From NCBI GenBank assembly GCA_945888065.1, contig CAMCZU010000003.1, positions 1,560 to 65,559 of the forward strand: DNA of 64,000 bases. Direction: 5' to 3'. Positions 1 to 9,298 of the stretch are shown piece after piece (within the stretch, counting starts at the first letter, position 1; the number at the start of each line of letters is the position of its first letter). The stretch is from Rickettsia typhi (GTDB taxonomy: Bacteria; Pseudomonadota; Alphaproteobacteria; WRAU01; Hepatincolaceae). A model generated the notes under the pieces. It worked only from the letters and a program-made list of their open reading frames with translations. It was not told the origin of the DNA and did not search any database. Position numbers and translations under genes: made by a program.

Positions 1-688
1 ATTAGATACAGAAACTACAGGATTTTATTATAACAAAGGTGATAAAATAGTAGAAATTGCTGCTATTGAATTATTTGATGACCAACATCTAGGAAAAAGT
101 TTTCATTATTATTTAAATCCACAAAGGGAAATTCCTTATGATTCTATTAAAATTCATGGTATTACAAATGAAAAAGTAGCTAATTGCAAAATTTTTGCAG
201 AAATTGCTGTAGATTTTTTACAATTTGTTGGTGATAGTAAAATTATTGCACATAATGCTAATTTTGATAGAGATTTTATTAATGAAGAATTGAAAAATTC
301 TAATCAACAAACAATAGAAAACAATCGTTTTATTGATACATTAGATATGGCAAGAAAAAAATTTGCAACTAACAGAGGAAATTCTTTAGATGATTTATGC
401 AAAAAATTTTCTATTTCTTTAGAATCAAGAAAAGATTTTCACGGAGCATTAATAGATGTTGAATTATTGGCTAAAGTTTATTATCATTTAATACTAGGTC
501 AAAATAATATTTTTAATGATTCAAAAGAAAACTATGATAACTCAAAATTATTTAATCAAAAAGAAGATAATTTAATCAAATATGATGCATCTTATTTTTC
601 TTATAGATCATTCAATTTATTAGAAAATGAAGTAAATCTTCATAATGATTTTCTAAATAAAATAAAAAATCATATGTGGGAAAATTAA
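1..688 (+). CDS. dnaQ: DNA polymerase III epsilon subunit (3'-5' proofreading exonuclease), 5' end cut by window edge
   Basis: Frame is open from nt 2. Translation carries LDTETTG (Exo I), AHNANFD (Exo II) and HGALIDVELL (Exo III-epsilon, HxAxxD). The ORF track only shows the internal Met at 290. Confidence 0.9.
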   Translation, partial: LDTETTGFYYNKGDKIVEIAAIELFDDQHLGKSFHYYLNPQREIPYDSIKIHGITNEKVANCKIFAEIAVDFLQFVGDSKIIAHNANFDRDFINEELKNSNQQTIENNRFIDTLDMARKKFATNRGNSLDDLCKKFSISLESRKDFHGALIDVELLAKVYYHLILGQNNIFNDSKENYDNSKLFNQKEDNLIKYDASYFSYRSFNLLENEVNLHNDFLNKIKNHMWEN

Positions 689-707
689 AGTTAGGGAAAT
701 CAATAAT

Positions 708-1331
708 ATGAAGGATGCTAGTAATTTGTTTAATAATATAGATATAGCTTTATTAATTTTTATAATAATTTTTTTGTTGTTAATGTTAAGAAAAGTTTTA
801 GGTAAAAAAATTGGTTATTCAAAAACAGATAATTCTGATATACCTGTGATAATTAAGTTAGAAAAAGAAGCGGTTGATAAAGAAACAGAAGATACTATTG
901 AAAAACAATATCCATTAGGAAGTTTATCTTACAAATTAAGTGAAATAAAAAAAATAGATCCTAGCTTTAATAACAAAAAATTTATAGAATCTTCAAAAAA
1001 AGCATACAAATTTATAGTTGAAAATTTTTATTTAGGAAATATAGATGATATTAAAGATTATCTTTCTACAAAAGTATATAATGTATTTTCAGACTCTATA
1101 AATAGTAGAGAAGAATCTAAAACAAAAATATCCCTAGAAGTATTAGATTTTAAAATTGCAGATGTTATAAATGTTGAAACTAAAAATGACACTACCTTTA
1201 TAGAGGTAAAATTTTTAACTTTGCAGTCAATAAATCAAGAAAAGCCTAAAACTATAGAAGAAAACTGGACTTTTTCAAAAAAACTATTAGATAACAATTC
1301 TAATATTTGGGTTTTATCTAAAATTAAGTAA
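708..1331 (+). CDS. Tim44-like domain membrane protein (alphaproteobacterial Tim44 family)
   Basis: 207 aa with one N-terminal TM helix (IALLIFIIIFLLLML). The C-terminal domain has a Tim44-family pattern (FIESSKKAYKFIVENFYLGNIDDIKDYLSTKVYNVF ... ENWTFSK ... WVLSKI). Confidence 0.8.
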   Translation: MKDASNLFNNIDIALLIFIIIFLLLMLRKVLGKKIGYSKTDNSDIPVIIKLEKEAVDKETEDTIEKQYPLGSLSYKLSEIKKIDPSFNNKKFIESSKKAYKFIVENFYLGNIDDIKDYLSTKVYNVFSDSINSREESKTKISLEVLDFKIADVINVETKNDTTFIEVKFLTLQSINQEKPKTIEENWTFSKKLLDNNSNIWVLSKIK

Positions 1332-1343
1332 AAAATTTATTAA

Positions 1344-1856
1344 ATGAATAAAAATAATTTTGATTATAATGAATGGTTAAAAATAATTACATTATTTAAA
1401 AAAAATACTAAATTAAATCAAATTAATGATGTTAAAAAAATAAATATTAATGAGTTAGTTAAAAATATTCAGTATTCTAAAAAATCAAGTGTAGTAAATG
1501 TAAATATACAACATAAATCACAAATAAAAGAAATCCCTAAAGCTCCTTTGCTTGAAATAAAAAAAATAAAAAATAATAAAATTAAAATTGAAAAATATTT
1601 AGATTTACACGGGCTTACACTAAGCACAGCAGAAGAAGTTTTTTGTGATTTTATTCAAGACTCATACAATAAAAAATTAAGATTATTATTAATTATTACA
1701 GGAAAAGGTGATAATAATTGTGGTGTTTTAAAAGAAAATTTTGTAAATTGGATATACAATATAAAAGTTAACTCATACATTTTATATTATGCTCAATCTT
1801 TAAATAAAGATGGAGGATTAGGTGCATATTATGTATTTTTAAAAAAAAATTTTTAA
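1344..1856 (+). CDS. Smr (small MutS-related) domain protein
   Basis: C-terminal LDLHGLTLSTAEE ... LLLIITGKG ... GVLKENFVNWI matches the Smr domain signature (LDLHG...TGKG). Confidence 0.85.
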   Translation: MNKNNFDYNEWLKIITLFKKNTKLNQINDVKKININELVKNIQYSKKSSVVNVNIQHKSQIKEIPKAPLLEIKKIKNNKIKIEKYLDLHGLTLSTAEEVFCDFIQDSYNKKLRLLLIITGKGDNNCGVLKENFVNWIYNIKVNSYILYYAQSLNKDGGLGAYYVFLKKNF

Positions 1857-2248
1857 TAAATTATATTAAGTTCTTTAATAATATTTTTATAGCAAATTTT
1901 ATAATCCATATTTTGTGTTGTTAAATCATAGGATATAATTTTAATTGCACTATAAACATTTATGTTATTATCCCATATAAAATTCAAAATACAGCTTTCT
2001 CCTTTATATTGCCATATTTCTATGTTATCAGTTGTTTTAATTAAGATTGGATTATCTAAAATTTTTAATACCTCATCTTTAGAATAAATTAAGGGATCCT
2101 TAAGATTATTATTGTTAGCATCTTCAAAGATATTTATTTTAATTTTTTTATAAACTTGCTTATTTTTTTTTATTATAGAAGCTTTATCATTAGAACAAGA
2201 AAAAATAAACATTAAGAAACATAAATAAATAATTGTTTTTAATTTCAT
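1853..2248 (-). CDS. Small lipoprotein of unknown function
   Basis: 131 aa with a signal peptide and lipobox (LMFIFS-C-SN). The motif IEIWQYKGESCILNFIW resembles a conserved alphaproteobacterial lipoprotein pattern (WQY...C.L..F.). Its 3' end overlaps the Smr gene by 4 nt (convergent). Confidence 0.6.
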   Translation of the reverse strand: MKLKTIIYLCFLMFIFSCSNDKASIIKKNKQVYKKIKINIFEDANNNNLKDPLIYSKDEVLKILDNPILIKTTDNIEIWQYKGESCILNFIWDNNINVYSAIKIISYDLTTQNMDYKICYKNIIKELNIIY

Positions 2249-2385
2249 AGTGTTTTAAAGTTAATATATTAATTTTGATTGATTTTTATTATAGATTAAT
2301 TTAGTATAATATAAAATATGTTTTTATTAAAATTTTGTATTACTAAATTCATATTCTGCTAGAAACATAAAGAGATAGTTTATTG

Positions 2386-2910
2386 ATGGATACTAAAAAA
2401 ATTAATATTGGAGATAAATGCCCAGAAGAATTTAATATGATTGTTGAAATTCCACAAGGCATTGCACCAGTAAAATACGAATTAGATAAAGATAGTGGAG
2501 CTTTAGTAGTAGATAGATTTGTATCAACTCCTATGTTTTATCCTTGTCATTATGGTTTTATTCCAAATACATTAGCAAACGATGGAGATCCTTTGGATGT
2601 GTTGTTAGTAGCTAATTTTCCTGTTTATCCTTTGTCTGTAATTAAAGTTAGGCCAATTGGTGTTTTGCTAATGGATGATGAATCAGGGGGCGATGAAAAA
2701 ATTATAGCAGTTCCTGTAGATAAAATTACTAGCTTTTATTCTAACATATATTCATACACAGATTTGCCAGAGTTATTAATTAATCAGTTTAAACATTTTT
2801 TTGAGCACTATAAAGATTTAGAAAAAAATAAGTGGGTAAAAATTAAAGGTTTTGAAAATAAACAAGTTGCTCATTCTGTAATTTTAGAATCAATTAAAAA
2901 ATATAAATAA
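2386..2910 (+). CDS. ppa: Inorganic pyrophosphatase (family I)
   Basis: Motifs IVEIPQG, KYELDKDSGALVVDRF, DGDPLDVL and DEKIIAV are typical of soluble PPase. The ORF track starts at TTG 2383; the ATG at 2386 is the more likely start. Confidence 0.95.
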   Translation: MDTKKINIGDKCPEEFNMIVEIPQGIAPVKYELDKDSGALVVDRFVSTPMFYPCHYGFIPNTLANDGDPLDVLLVANFPVYPLSVIKVRPIGVLLMDDESGGDEKIIAVPVDKITSFYSNIYSYTDLPELLINQFKHFFEHYKDLEKNKWVKIKGFENKQVAHSVILESIKKYK

Positions 2911-2924
2911 AAAAGAAATTAGCA

Positions 2925-3530
2925 ATGCAACTAAAGATACTAATTGTTATCTTTGTAAATATATTTTTTTATTATAGCTTTCTTTATGCTAAAGTAGAAT
3001 CAGATATATTTTCTATTTATGGAGAATTTGCACACCCTAGTAGAACTTATTTAAAGCCAAACGAAGCTACTCCTGTTGGGGGTCCTGTTATACCTAATTT
3101 TTATGGCGGTGGTGTTTCTTATAATGCTGTAAGAATAGGTTATACAAATTTTTTTAATGGTGGCGGTAGATTCACATTTACATATAATTTTAATTATTTA
3201 AAATATGTAAATCCATATATTGGTGGTGCTTATGTTTTTAATACAGATGCAATAATGAAGTTTTCTAAATCTCAGGTTCATATAGATGGAATATCTCCTT
3301 TAGTTGGTGTAAATATGAATTTTTTTCAAATAATTAAGCCATATGTAGAATATGATTTATTAAAAAATTATTTTGTTGTTGGGTTAAGACTTGCAATTCC
3401 TATGAAGATTCATAGAAAATCTGAAGCAGATATTTTAAGAGAACAAGAAGAAAAACGTAAAGAATGGGAACAAGAACAAAAAGAAAAAAATAATAATACG
3501 ATGAGCAATAGGCTTCAAAGAAGTCGTTAA
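2925..3530 (+). CDS. Outer-membrane beta-barrel protein (OMP_b-brl/Omp25-like) with charged C-terminal tail
   Basis: Signal peptide ends at FLYA-KV. The body has alternating aromatic/Gly-rich strands (YIGGAYVF, YFVVGLRLAI). It ends in a roughly 45-aa Lys/Glu-rich tail rather than a terminal aromatic residue. Confidence 0.65.
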   Translation: MQLKILIVIFVNIFFYYSFLYAKVESDIFSIYGEFAHPSRTYLKPNEATPVGGPVIPNFYGGGVSYNAVRIGYTNFFNGGGRFTFTYNFNYLKYVNPYIGGAYVFNTDAIMKFSKSQVHIDGISPLVGVNMNFFQIIKPYVEYDLLKNYFVVGLRLAIPMKIHRKSEADILREQEEKRKEWEQEQKEKNNNTMSNRLQRSR

Positions 3531-3557
3531 CATATATGGTATAAAAGGAGAATAATA

Positions 3558-4145
3558 ATGAAATTTAAATTAAAAGTTGTATTGTTGTTAAGTTTGTTTA
3601 GTATTGGGTTTAATAGTGTTGGTGTTTGTGCAATGCTAGTTCCTGATATTTATGGATCTTTAGGTGTTATGCATTCTTCTGAAAAAAATACTTTTTTTGG
3701 AAATAGTGATACAACTAAAGTTAGTAATTATCATTTAGCTTTAGGTATTAGACCTTTAGATATACCAATTGTGGGCGGTTTTAGGATAGAGGGTCAATAT
3801 GATTCTCATTTTAGATCTACTGATATAGATAGTGTGTATGGTGCTGTTCTTTATTATGATATTTTAAGAATTATTCCTATCGTAAACCCATATATTGGTG
3901 TTGGGATGATGACATCTAAATTAAACAACTCTACAGCTAGAGATTTTGGAGTTTCTGATTCAGATAAGGCTTTTTCTTATCATATTGGTTTAGATTTTAG
4001 TTTACCAATTGTAGGTTTAAATTTATTTTTAGAAGCAAGGCAAATGAAGTTTGATTATGCTAAAGAGTTAAATACCACATTATCAGATTTAAAAATTAAA
4101 AAAATAGATACTATTTTTGGTATAAAATATTATTTTTTAAAATAA
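3558..4145 (+). CDS. Outer-membrane beta-barrel protein (OMP_b-brl/Omp25-like)
   Basis: Signal peptide ends at GVCA-ML. Beta-strand periodicity is visible (YHLALGIRP, FRIEGQY, PYIGVGM). The C-terminal beta-signal-like end is IFGIKYYFLK. An AGGAG Shine-Dalgarno lies upstream. Confidence 0.7.
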   Translation: MKFKLKVVLLLSLFSIGFNSVGVCAMLVPDIYGSLGVMHSSEKNTFFGNSDTTKVSNYHLALGIRPLDIPIVGGFRIEGQYDSHFRSTDIDSVYGAVLYYDILRIIPIVNPYIGVGMMTSKLNNSTARDFGVSDSDKAFSYHIGLDFSLPIVGLNLFLEARQMKFDYAKELNTTLSDLKIKKIDTIFGIKYYFLK

Positions 4146-4221
4146 TTTAGGTTATTAATTTATATATTGAATTGAATTAATATTAAAGTTATACTTTTTG
4201 GGAGTAGTGTATAAAATAGAA

Positions 4222-5085
4222 ATGGCTAGTTTTAATTTGTTGAGAATATTTGTAGTTTTATTTATATTGTTTATATCTAGCTTAAAGTTTGCTTATGCTC
4301 TTTATCCAGAAGCAGATGGCTATCCATATAAAAAAAATATTGTTGATTTATATGTAGGTGCTTCTTATTCTGGTATTGTAAGTGAAACTTTTCGCTCTAT
4401 TAATGGTCCTAAAGCTTTTGGTTATGGGTCTATTATTGATCCGTTAAATCAAATGACTAATTCTGGGTTTACTGCTATTTTAGGTATGAGGTTTTTTGAC
4501 AATGGCAATAGTTTTGTTAAAAATCTTAGGGTAGAGGTTGAAAGTTTATATTTATATAACCAAACTCCAATAATTAATAATTCTTCTAAATATACATCAG
4601 ATATGACAACAACAGATTGGCCTACATATGGTCAAGAAGTTTTAAAAAGCTCTGTAATTTTTAATGTTTATTATGATTTTAGGCAGTGGTCTGAGATTTT
4701 TTATCCATATATTGGTTTTGGTATAGGTATGGGAAATGTAAAGTATATTGCCATTGATATTAATGAACTTCCAAATGGAGTAGGGGAAAGATACCACGGT
4801 GATGAGTTTGTTCCAGTTGGTCAACTTGCTTTTGGGTTTCAATATGATACAAAAATAATTAAATCTTCTTTTTATTTTCAATATAGAGTTGTAAAATCTG
4901 GTAAAGTTAATGCTGTTCCTTATAACAATGGTAGAGATTTTGTAATCGAACCTGAGCCAGATACTAACAATCCTGATGCTCCTGTAGAAAACCCTATTCC
5001 AGAAGGGTATCAAGATCCAACATCTCATAAATTGGGTTTATTAAATCACGGATTAAGCATTGGCTTTAAATATTATATATATTAA
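4222..5085 (+). CDS. Outer-membrane beta-barrel protein (OMP_b-brl family paralogue)
   Basis: The signal peptide MASFNLLRIFVVLFILFISSLKFAYA-L begins at ATG 4222; the ORF track extends upstream to TTG 4198. Contains PYIGFGIGMG and ends in the typical beta-signal SIGFKYYIY. Confidence 0.7.
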   Translation: MASFNLLRIFVVLFILFISSLKFAYALYPEADGYPYKKNIVDLYVGASYSGIVSETFRSINGPKAFGYGSIIDPLNQMTNSGFTAILGMRFFDNGNSFVKNLRVEVESLYLYNQTPIINNSSKYTSDMTTTDWPTYGQEVLKSSVIFNVYYDFRQWSEIFYPYIGFGIGMGNVKYIAIDINELPNGVGERYHGDEFVPVGQLAFGFQYDTKIIKSSFYFQYRVVKSGKVNAVPYNNGRDFVIEPEPDTNNPDAPVENPIPEGYQDPTSHKLGLLNHGLSIGFKYYIY

Positions 5086-5093
5086 TATTTAAT

Positions 5094-7739
5094 ATGACTA
5101 AATTGCCTGATAAAAATTCTAAAGAATTAACTCCAATGATGAAGCAATACTTTGAAATTAAAGATTGCCATAAAGATTGTATTTTGTTTTTTAGAATGGG
5201 TGATTTTTATGAAATGTTTTATGATGATGCAGTTATTGTATCTTCAGCTTTAGGCATTTTTTTAACTAAAAAAACTACTCTTGCAGAAGAAATTCCTATG
5301 TGTGGGATTCCTTTTCATTCTTATGAAACTTATTTAAATCGTTTAATTAAATTAGGTTATAAGGTTGCTATTTGTGAGCAAACAGAAACTCCACAAAGTG
5401 CAAAACAGCGTGGCTATAAAGCTATTGTTAACAGAGAAGTAGTTAGAATTGTTACTCAAGGAACTTTAATAGAAGAATCTTTATTAGAGAGTAATAATTA
5501 TAATTATCTTGTTGCTATTTATTATATAAACAATGTATTTTATGTTAGTTGGCTTGATGTATCAACAAATGATTTTTATATTCAAAATGTAGAAATGATT
5601 GACTTAAATAATGTTTTATATACTATTAGCCCTAAAGAAATTATTGTATTACAAGATTTTAATATTAATTTATTAAGCACTGAATTTCATAATATTGTTA
5701 CATTTATAGATAAAATTTATAAAAATAGTAATTTGAATTTTTCTTTGTCTTTATACGAAGATTTTTTTTATACACATTATAAAGAAACATATCATTTGTT
5801 TAGCGATTTTGATTTATATGAAAAATATAGCTTATATATTTTATTAAGTTATTTGCTTTTTGTGTATAAAAAATTAGATTTTCCTTCTATACCAAAAAAA
5901 GAATTTGATAACAAATATTTAAAAATGGATATTTTTACTAGAAAAAGTTTAGAAATAGTAAAAAATTATTCTGGTGAAGAAGATGGATCTTTAAAAAAAA
6001 CTATTGATTTTACTTTAACTAAGTTTGGCTCTAGGATGTTAAATTTTTGGATTAATCATCCACTTCTTGATTATAAAGAAATTGAACAAAGATTATCTGT
6101 AGTAGATTTTTTTTATAAAGATAGTATGTTTTTAGATAAAATAAGAGGAGTTTTAAAAAATATACCAGATATAGAAAGATCTTTAGGAAGAATTTTAGTA
6201 AATAAATCTACTCCTAAAGATTTGCTTTCTTTAAGAGATTCTTTGCGTGAAATTTTTAAAATAAAGCTATTATTGGTTGATTATAAAATACCTCACTTGC
6301 TAGAAGAAATTTTGAACAAAACTACAAAATTTTCTCAATTAAGTCATTTGCTAGAAAAAGCTCTTTCTGATGTGTTAGTTCCAACATTTAAAGAGAGTGG
6401 ATTTTTAAAAGATGATTATAAAGCTGTCTTAAAAGCTTTTAAAATACAGAGAGATGGTTTTAGCGATGATATTAAAAAATTACAACAATTTTATATAGTA
6501 AAGTATGAGGTGGGTAATTTAAAAATATCTAATAATAATTTGTCTGGATATTATATTGAAATTTCTGGAAAGCAAAGCTCTGCTTTACTTGAAAATAAAA
6601 TTTTTAAACATAAGCAAACTTTGTCTAATAGTGTTCGCTATACAACAGACGAACTGCTAGACTTAGAAAAAAATATTGTAAATTTAGAGTTAAAAATAAA
6701 ATCCGTAGAATTAGATCTTTTAGATGAAATAATTAAAGAAATTATTGGTTATAAAGATTTATTACTGGATTGTATTGGTTCTTTAGGTTGTTTAGATATT
6801 TTAACTTCTTTTGCTTATTTATCTTTAAAAAATAACTTTGTATTCCCTGTATTAACAACAAATACAGAGTTAGAAATTATAGATGGTCGCCATTTAGTTG
6901 TAGAAAATAGGTTAAAAAAAAGTAAGAGTGGATCAATAAACTATTTTATGCCAAATAGCTGTGTAATGAATGAAGAAAAAAATATTTTTTTAATTACAGG
7001 ACCAAATATGTCTGGTAAAAGCACATTTTTAAGGCAAAATGCATTAATTATTATTTTGGCTCAAATGGGGTGCTTTGTTCCTGCAAAATCAGCTAGAATT
7101 GGTCTTGTAGATGCTATATACTCAAGGGTGGGCGCTAGTGATGATTTATTTAAAGGTCAATCAACTTTTATGGTAGAAATGTTAGAATTATCTGCTATTT
7201 TGCATAAATCTACATATAAATCATTTTTAATTTTAGATGAAATAGGTAGAGGGACATCAACATACGATGGGCTTTCAATTGCTTGGTCTACTTTAGAATA
7301 TTTACATAATGTAATTAAAGCTAAAGTATTATTTGCTACTCATTACCACGAATTAACGCAATTAGAAAATAAATTAAAAAAATTAGAGTGCTATTGTATA
7401 AAAGTAGACGAATGTAATGATAATATTGTATTTTTATATGAAATTATTAAGGGTTATGTAAAAAAATCTTATGGAATTGAGGTAGCTAAGTTAGCTGGTA
7501 TACCTTCTAATCTTATTAATAGAGCTTATGAAATTTTATCTCAATTAGAACAAAGTAATAATAACTTAGAATCATCTAAAATATTAGAGTTAGATTTTAA
7601 AGAAGACACTGATTACATAAATAATAAAAAATATAAAGATTACTATAATAAAATATCTAAAAATTTAGAATTAAATTTAGATGATATAACCCCAAAGCAG
7701 GCCTTAGAAATTTTGTATAATTTAAAAAAAATTCAATAA
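5094..7739 (+). CDS. mutS: DNA mismatch repair protein MutS
   Basis: 881 aa. N-terminal mismatch-binding MGDFYEMF (Phe-x-Glu), Walker A GPNMSGKST, DEIGRGTSTYDG and THYHEL. Confidence 0.97.
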   Translation: MTKLPDKNSKELTPMMKQYFEIKDCHKDCILFFRMGDFYEMFYDDAVIVSSALGIFLTKKTTLAEEIPMCGIPFHSYETYLNRLIKLGYKVAICEQTETPQSAKQRGYKAIVNREVVRIVTQGTLIEESLLESNNYNYLVAIYYINNVFYVSWLDVSTNDFYIQNVEMIDLNNVLYTISPKEIIVLQDFNINLLSTEFHNIVTFIDKIYKNSNLNFSLSLYEDFFYTHYKETYHLFSDFDLYEKYSLYILLSYLLFVYKKLDFPSIPKKEFDNKYLKMDIFTRKSLEIVKNYSGEEDGSLKKTIDFTLTKFGSRMLNFWINHPLLDYKEIEQRLSVVDFFYKDSMFLDKIRGVLKNIPDIERSLGRILVNKSTPKDLLSLRDSLREIFKIKLLLVDYKIPHLLEEILNKTTKFSQLSHLLEKALSDVLVPTFKESGFLKDDYKAVLKAFKIQRDGFSDDIKKLQQFYIVKYEVGNLKISNNNLSGYYIEISGKQSSALLENKIFKHKQTLSNSVRYTTDELLDLEKNIVNLELKIKSVELDLLDEIIKEIIGYKDLLLDCIGSLGCLDILTSFAYLSLKNNFVFPVLTTNTELEIIDGRHLVVENRLKKSKSGSINYFMPNSCVMNEEKNIFLITGPNMSGKSTFLRQNALIIILAQMGCFVPAKSARIGLVDAIYSRVGASDDLFKGQSTFMVEMLELSAILHKSTYKSFLILDEIGRGTSTYDGLSIAWSTLEYLHNVIKAKVLFATHYHELTQLENKLKKLECYCIKVDECNDNIVFLYEIIKGYVKKSYGIEVAKLAGIPSNLINRAYEILSQLEQSNNNLESSKILELDFKEDTDYINNKKYKDYYNKISKNLELNLDDITPKQALEILYNLKKIQ

Positions 7740-7750
7740 TTGATGTTGTT

Positions 7751-9295
7751 ATGAATATTAAAAATTTTTTTAAAGTTTCTTTTTGGACTTTTTTTAGCAG
7801 AGTTTTAGGACTAATACGAGACATAATGCTTGCAAGATATTTAGGTGCTGGAATTATGGCAGATATGTTTTTTGTAGCTCTTAAAATACCTAATTTATTT
7901 AGAAGATTTTTTGCTGAAGGTTCAATGCAGGCTGTTTTTATACCTATTTTTTCTCAAAAATTTTCTATTAATAAAAATAAAGCAAAAATTATAGCATCAC
8001 AAATTTTTAGTATTTTTTTTACTATTTTATTTATATTTGTAATAATTTTAGAAATTTTTACTCCTTATGTGGTTAAAATTATGGCTCCAGGTTTTGTTAG
8101 CAAAGGATTAGATGTTTTTGAAAGAACAATTTTTTTAGTAAGGATTACATTACCCTATTTGTTTTTTATTTCTTTAGTTTCTTTTTATTCATCTATTTTA
8201 AATACAATTTATAAATTTTCTTTAGTTGCATTTCTTCCTGCTTTGTTAAATATTTTTTTAATTATTTTTATTTATTATGGAGATATGTTAGGAGGAAAAG
8301 ATATCGGAGCATCTTTTGGAGTTTTGTTTGCAGGTATTGTGCAATTAATTTTTGTTTTGTATGGTTGTTATAAAAGTGGTTGGCTGGTTGGATTTACTTT
8401 TTTTAAAAAAAATATGAAATTAGCATTAGAAACAAAAAGTTTTTTTAAAAAATTGTTGCCTGTAATAATGGGTGCTGGAATTTATCAAATAAACATTATT
8501 ATTGATATAATTGCCGCATCTTTATTAAGTAGTGGTGCAATTTCTTATTTATTTTATGCGGATAGAATATATCAACTGCCTTTAGCTTTAATAGGTATAT
8601 CTATTGCAACGGTTGTTTTGCCAAGTATTTCAAGCAAAGGCAACGAGACTAGCAATAATGATAATAAAATAAAAGCATTACTTTTAGGTTTAGCACTATC
8701 AATTCCTGCTTCTAGTGCTTTGTTTATTTTAAGTAAATATATAATGTTAATTTTATTTTTTGGGGGTAGCTTTTCTATCTTAGATGTTCATAATACTGCT
8801 TTATGTATTATGGTATATGTAATATGTTTACCTGCAAATGTTATAATTAAAATTATTTTACCTTTTTTTTATTCTAAAGGAGATATTAAAACACCACTTT
8901 ATAGCACTGGAATATGTTTAGTTATAAATATTATTTTAGTATTTTCTTTAGCACATAGATTTGGTTTTTTAGGAATAGCATCTGCTACTGCAATTGCATC
9001 TTATATAAATTTTATAATTTTATTTGGTTTTGTAATTTTTAAAAAATATTTACAATTAAATAAAACATTTTATAGTGAATTAATAAAAATAATTATAATT
9101 AATGTTGTTTTTTTTGTATGTTTATTTTTATTTAATTGTTTGATTGAATATTTTAATGTAAGCATTATGCTAAAAAGATTATTAATTATATTTATTATTG
9201 TAATTAGTGTATTGTTTGTATTTTTTATGTTGAAATTATTTCAATCCATCTTATATTTAGATATAATGTCTGTAATAAAAAAGAAAAAAGCTTAA
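7751..9295 (+). CDS. murJ: Lipid II flippase MurJ (MviN)
   Basis: 514 aa polytopic membrane protein. N-terminus FFSRVLGLIRDIMLARYLGAG...ADMFFVALKIPNLFRRFFAEGSMQAVFIPIF is the MurJ signature. Confidence 0.93.
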   Translation: MNIKNFFKVSFWTFFSRVLGLIRDIMLARYLGAGIMADMFFVALKIPNLFRRFFAEGSMQAVFIPIFSQKFSINKNKAKIIASQIFSIFFTILFIFVIILEIFTPYVVKIMAPGFVSKGLDVFERTIFLVRITLPYLFFISLVSFYSSILNTIYKFSLVAFLPALLNIFLIIFIYYGDMLGGKDIGASFGVLFAGIVQLIFVLYGCYKSGWLVGFTFFKKNMKLALETKSFFKKLLPVIMGAGIYQINIIIDIIAASLLSSGAISYLFYADRIYQLPLALIGISIATVVLPSISSKGNETSNNDNKIKALLLGLALSIPASSALFILSKYIMLILFFGGSFSILDVHNTALCIMVYVICLPANVIIKIILPFFYSKGDIKTPLYSTGICLVINIILVFSLAHRFGFLGIASATAIASYINFIILFGFVIFKKYLQLNKTFYSELIKIIIINVVFFVCLFLFNCLIEYFNVSIMLKRLLIIFIIVISVLFVFFMLKLFQSILYLDIMSVIKKKKA

Positions 9296-9298
9296 AAA

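Noticed and set aside
4642-5028. 128-aa ORF antisense to the third OMP gene
   Set aside because: It lies entirely inside a gene with a clear signal peptide and beta-signal on the other strand. Its translation is low-complexity Ile/Phe/Asn/Lys-rich with no motif. It is a shadow ORF.
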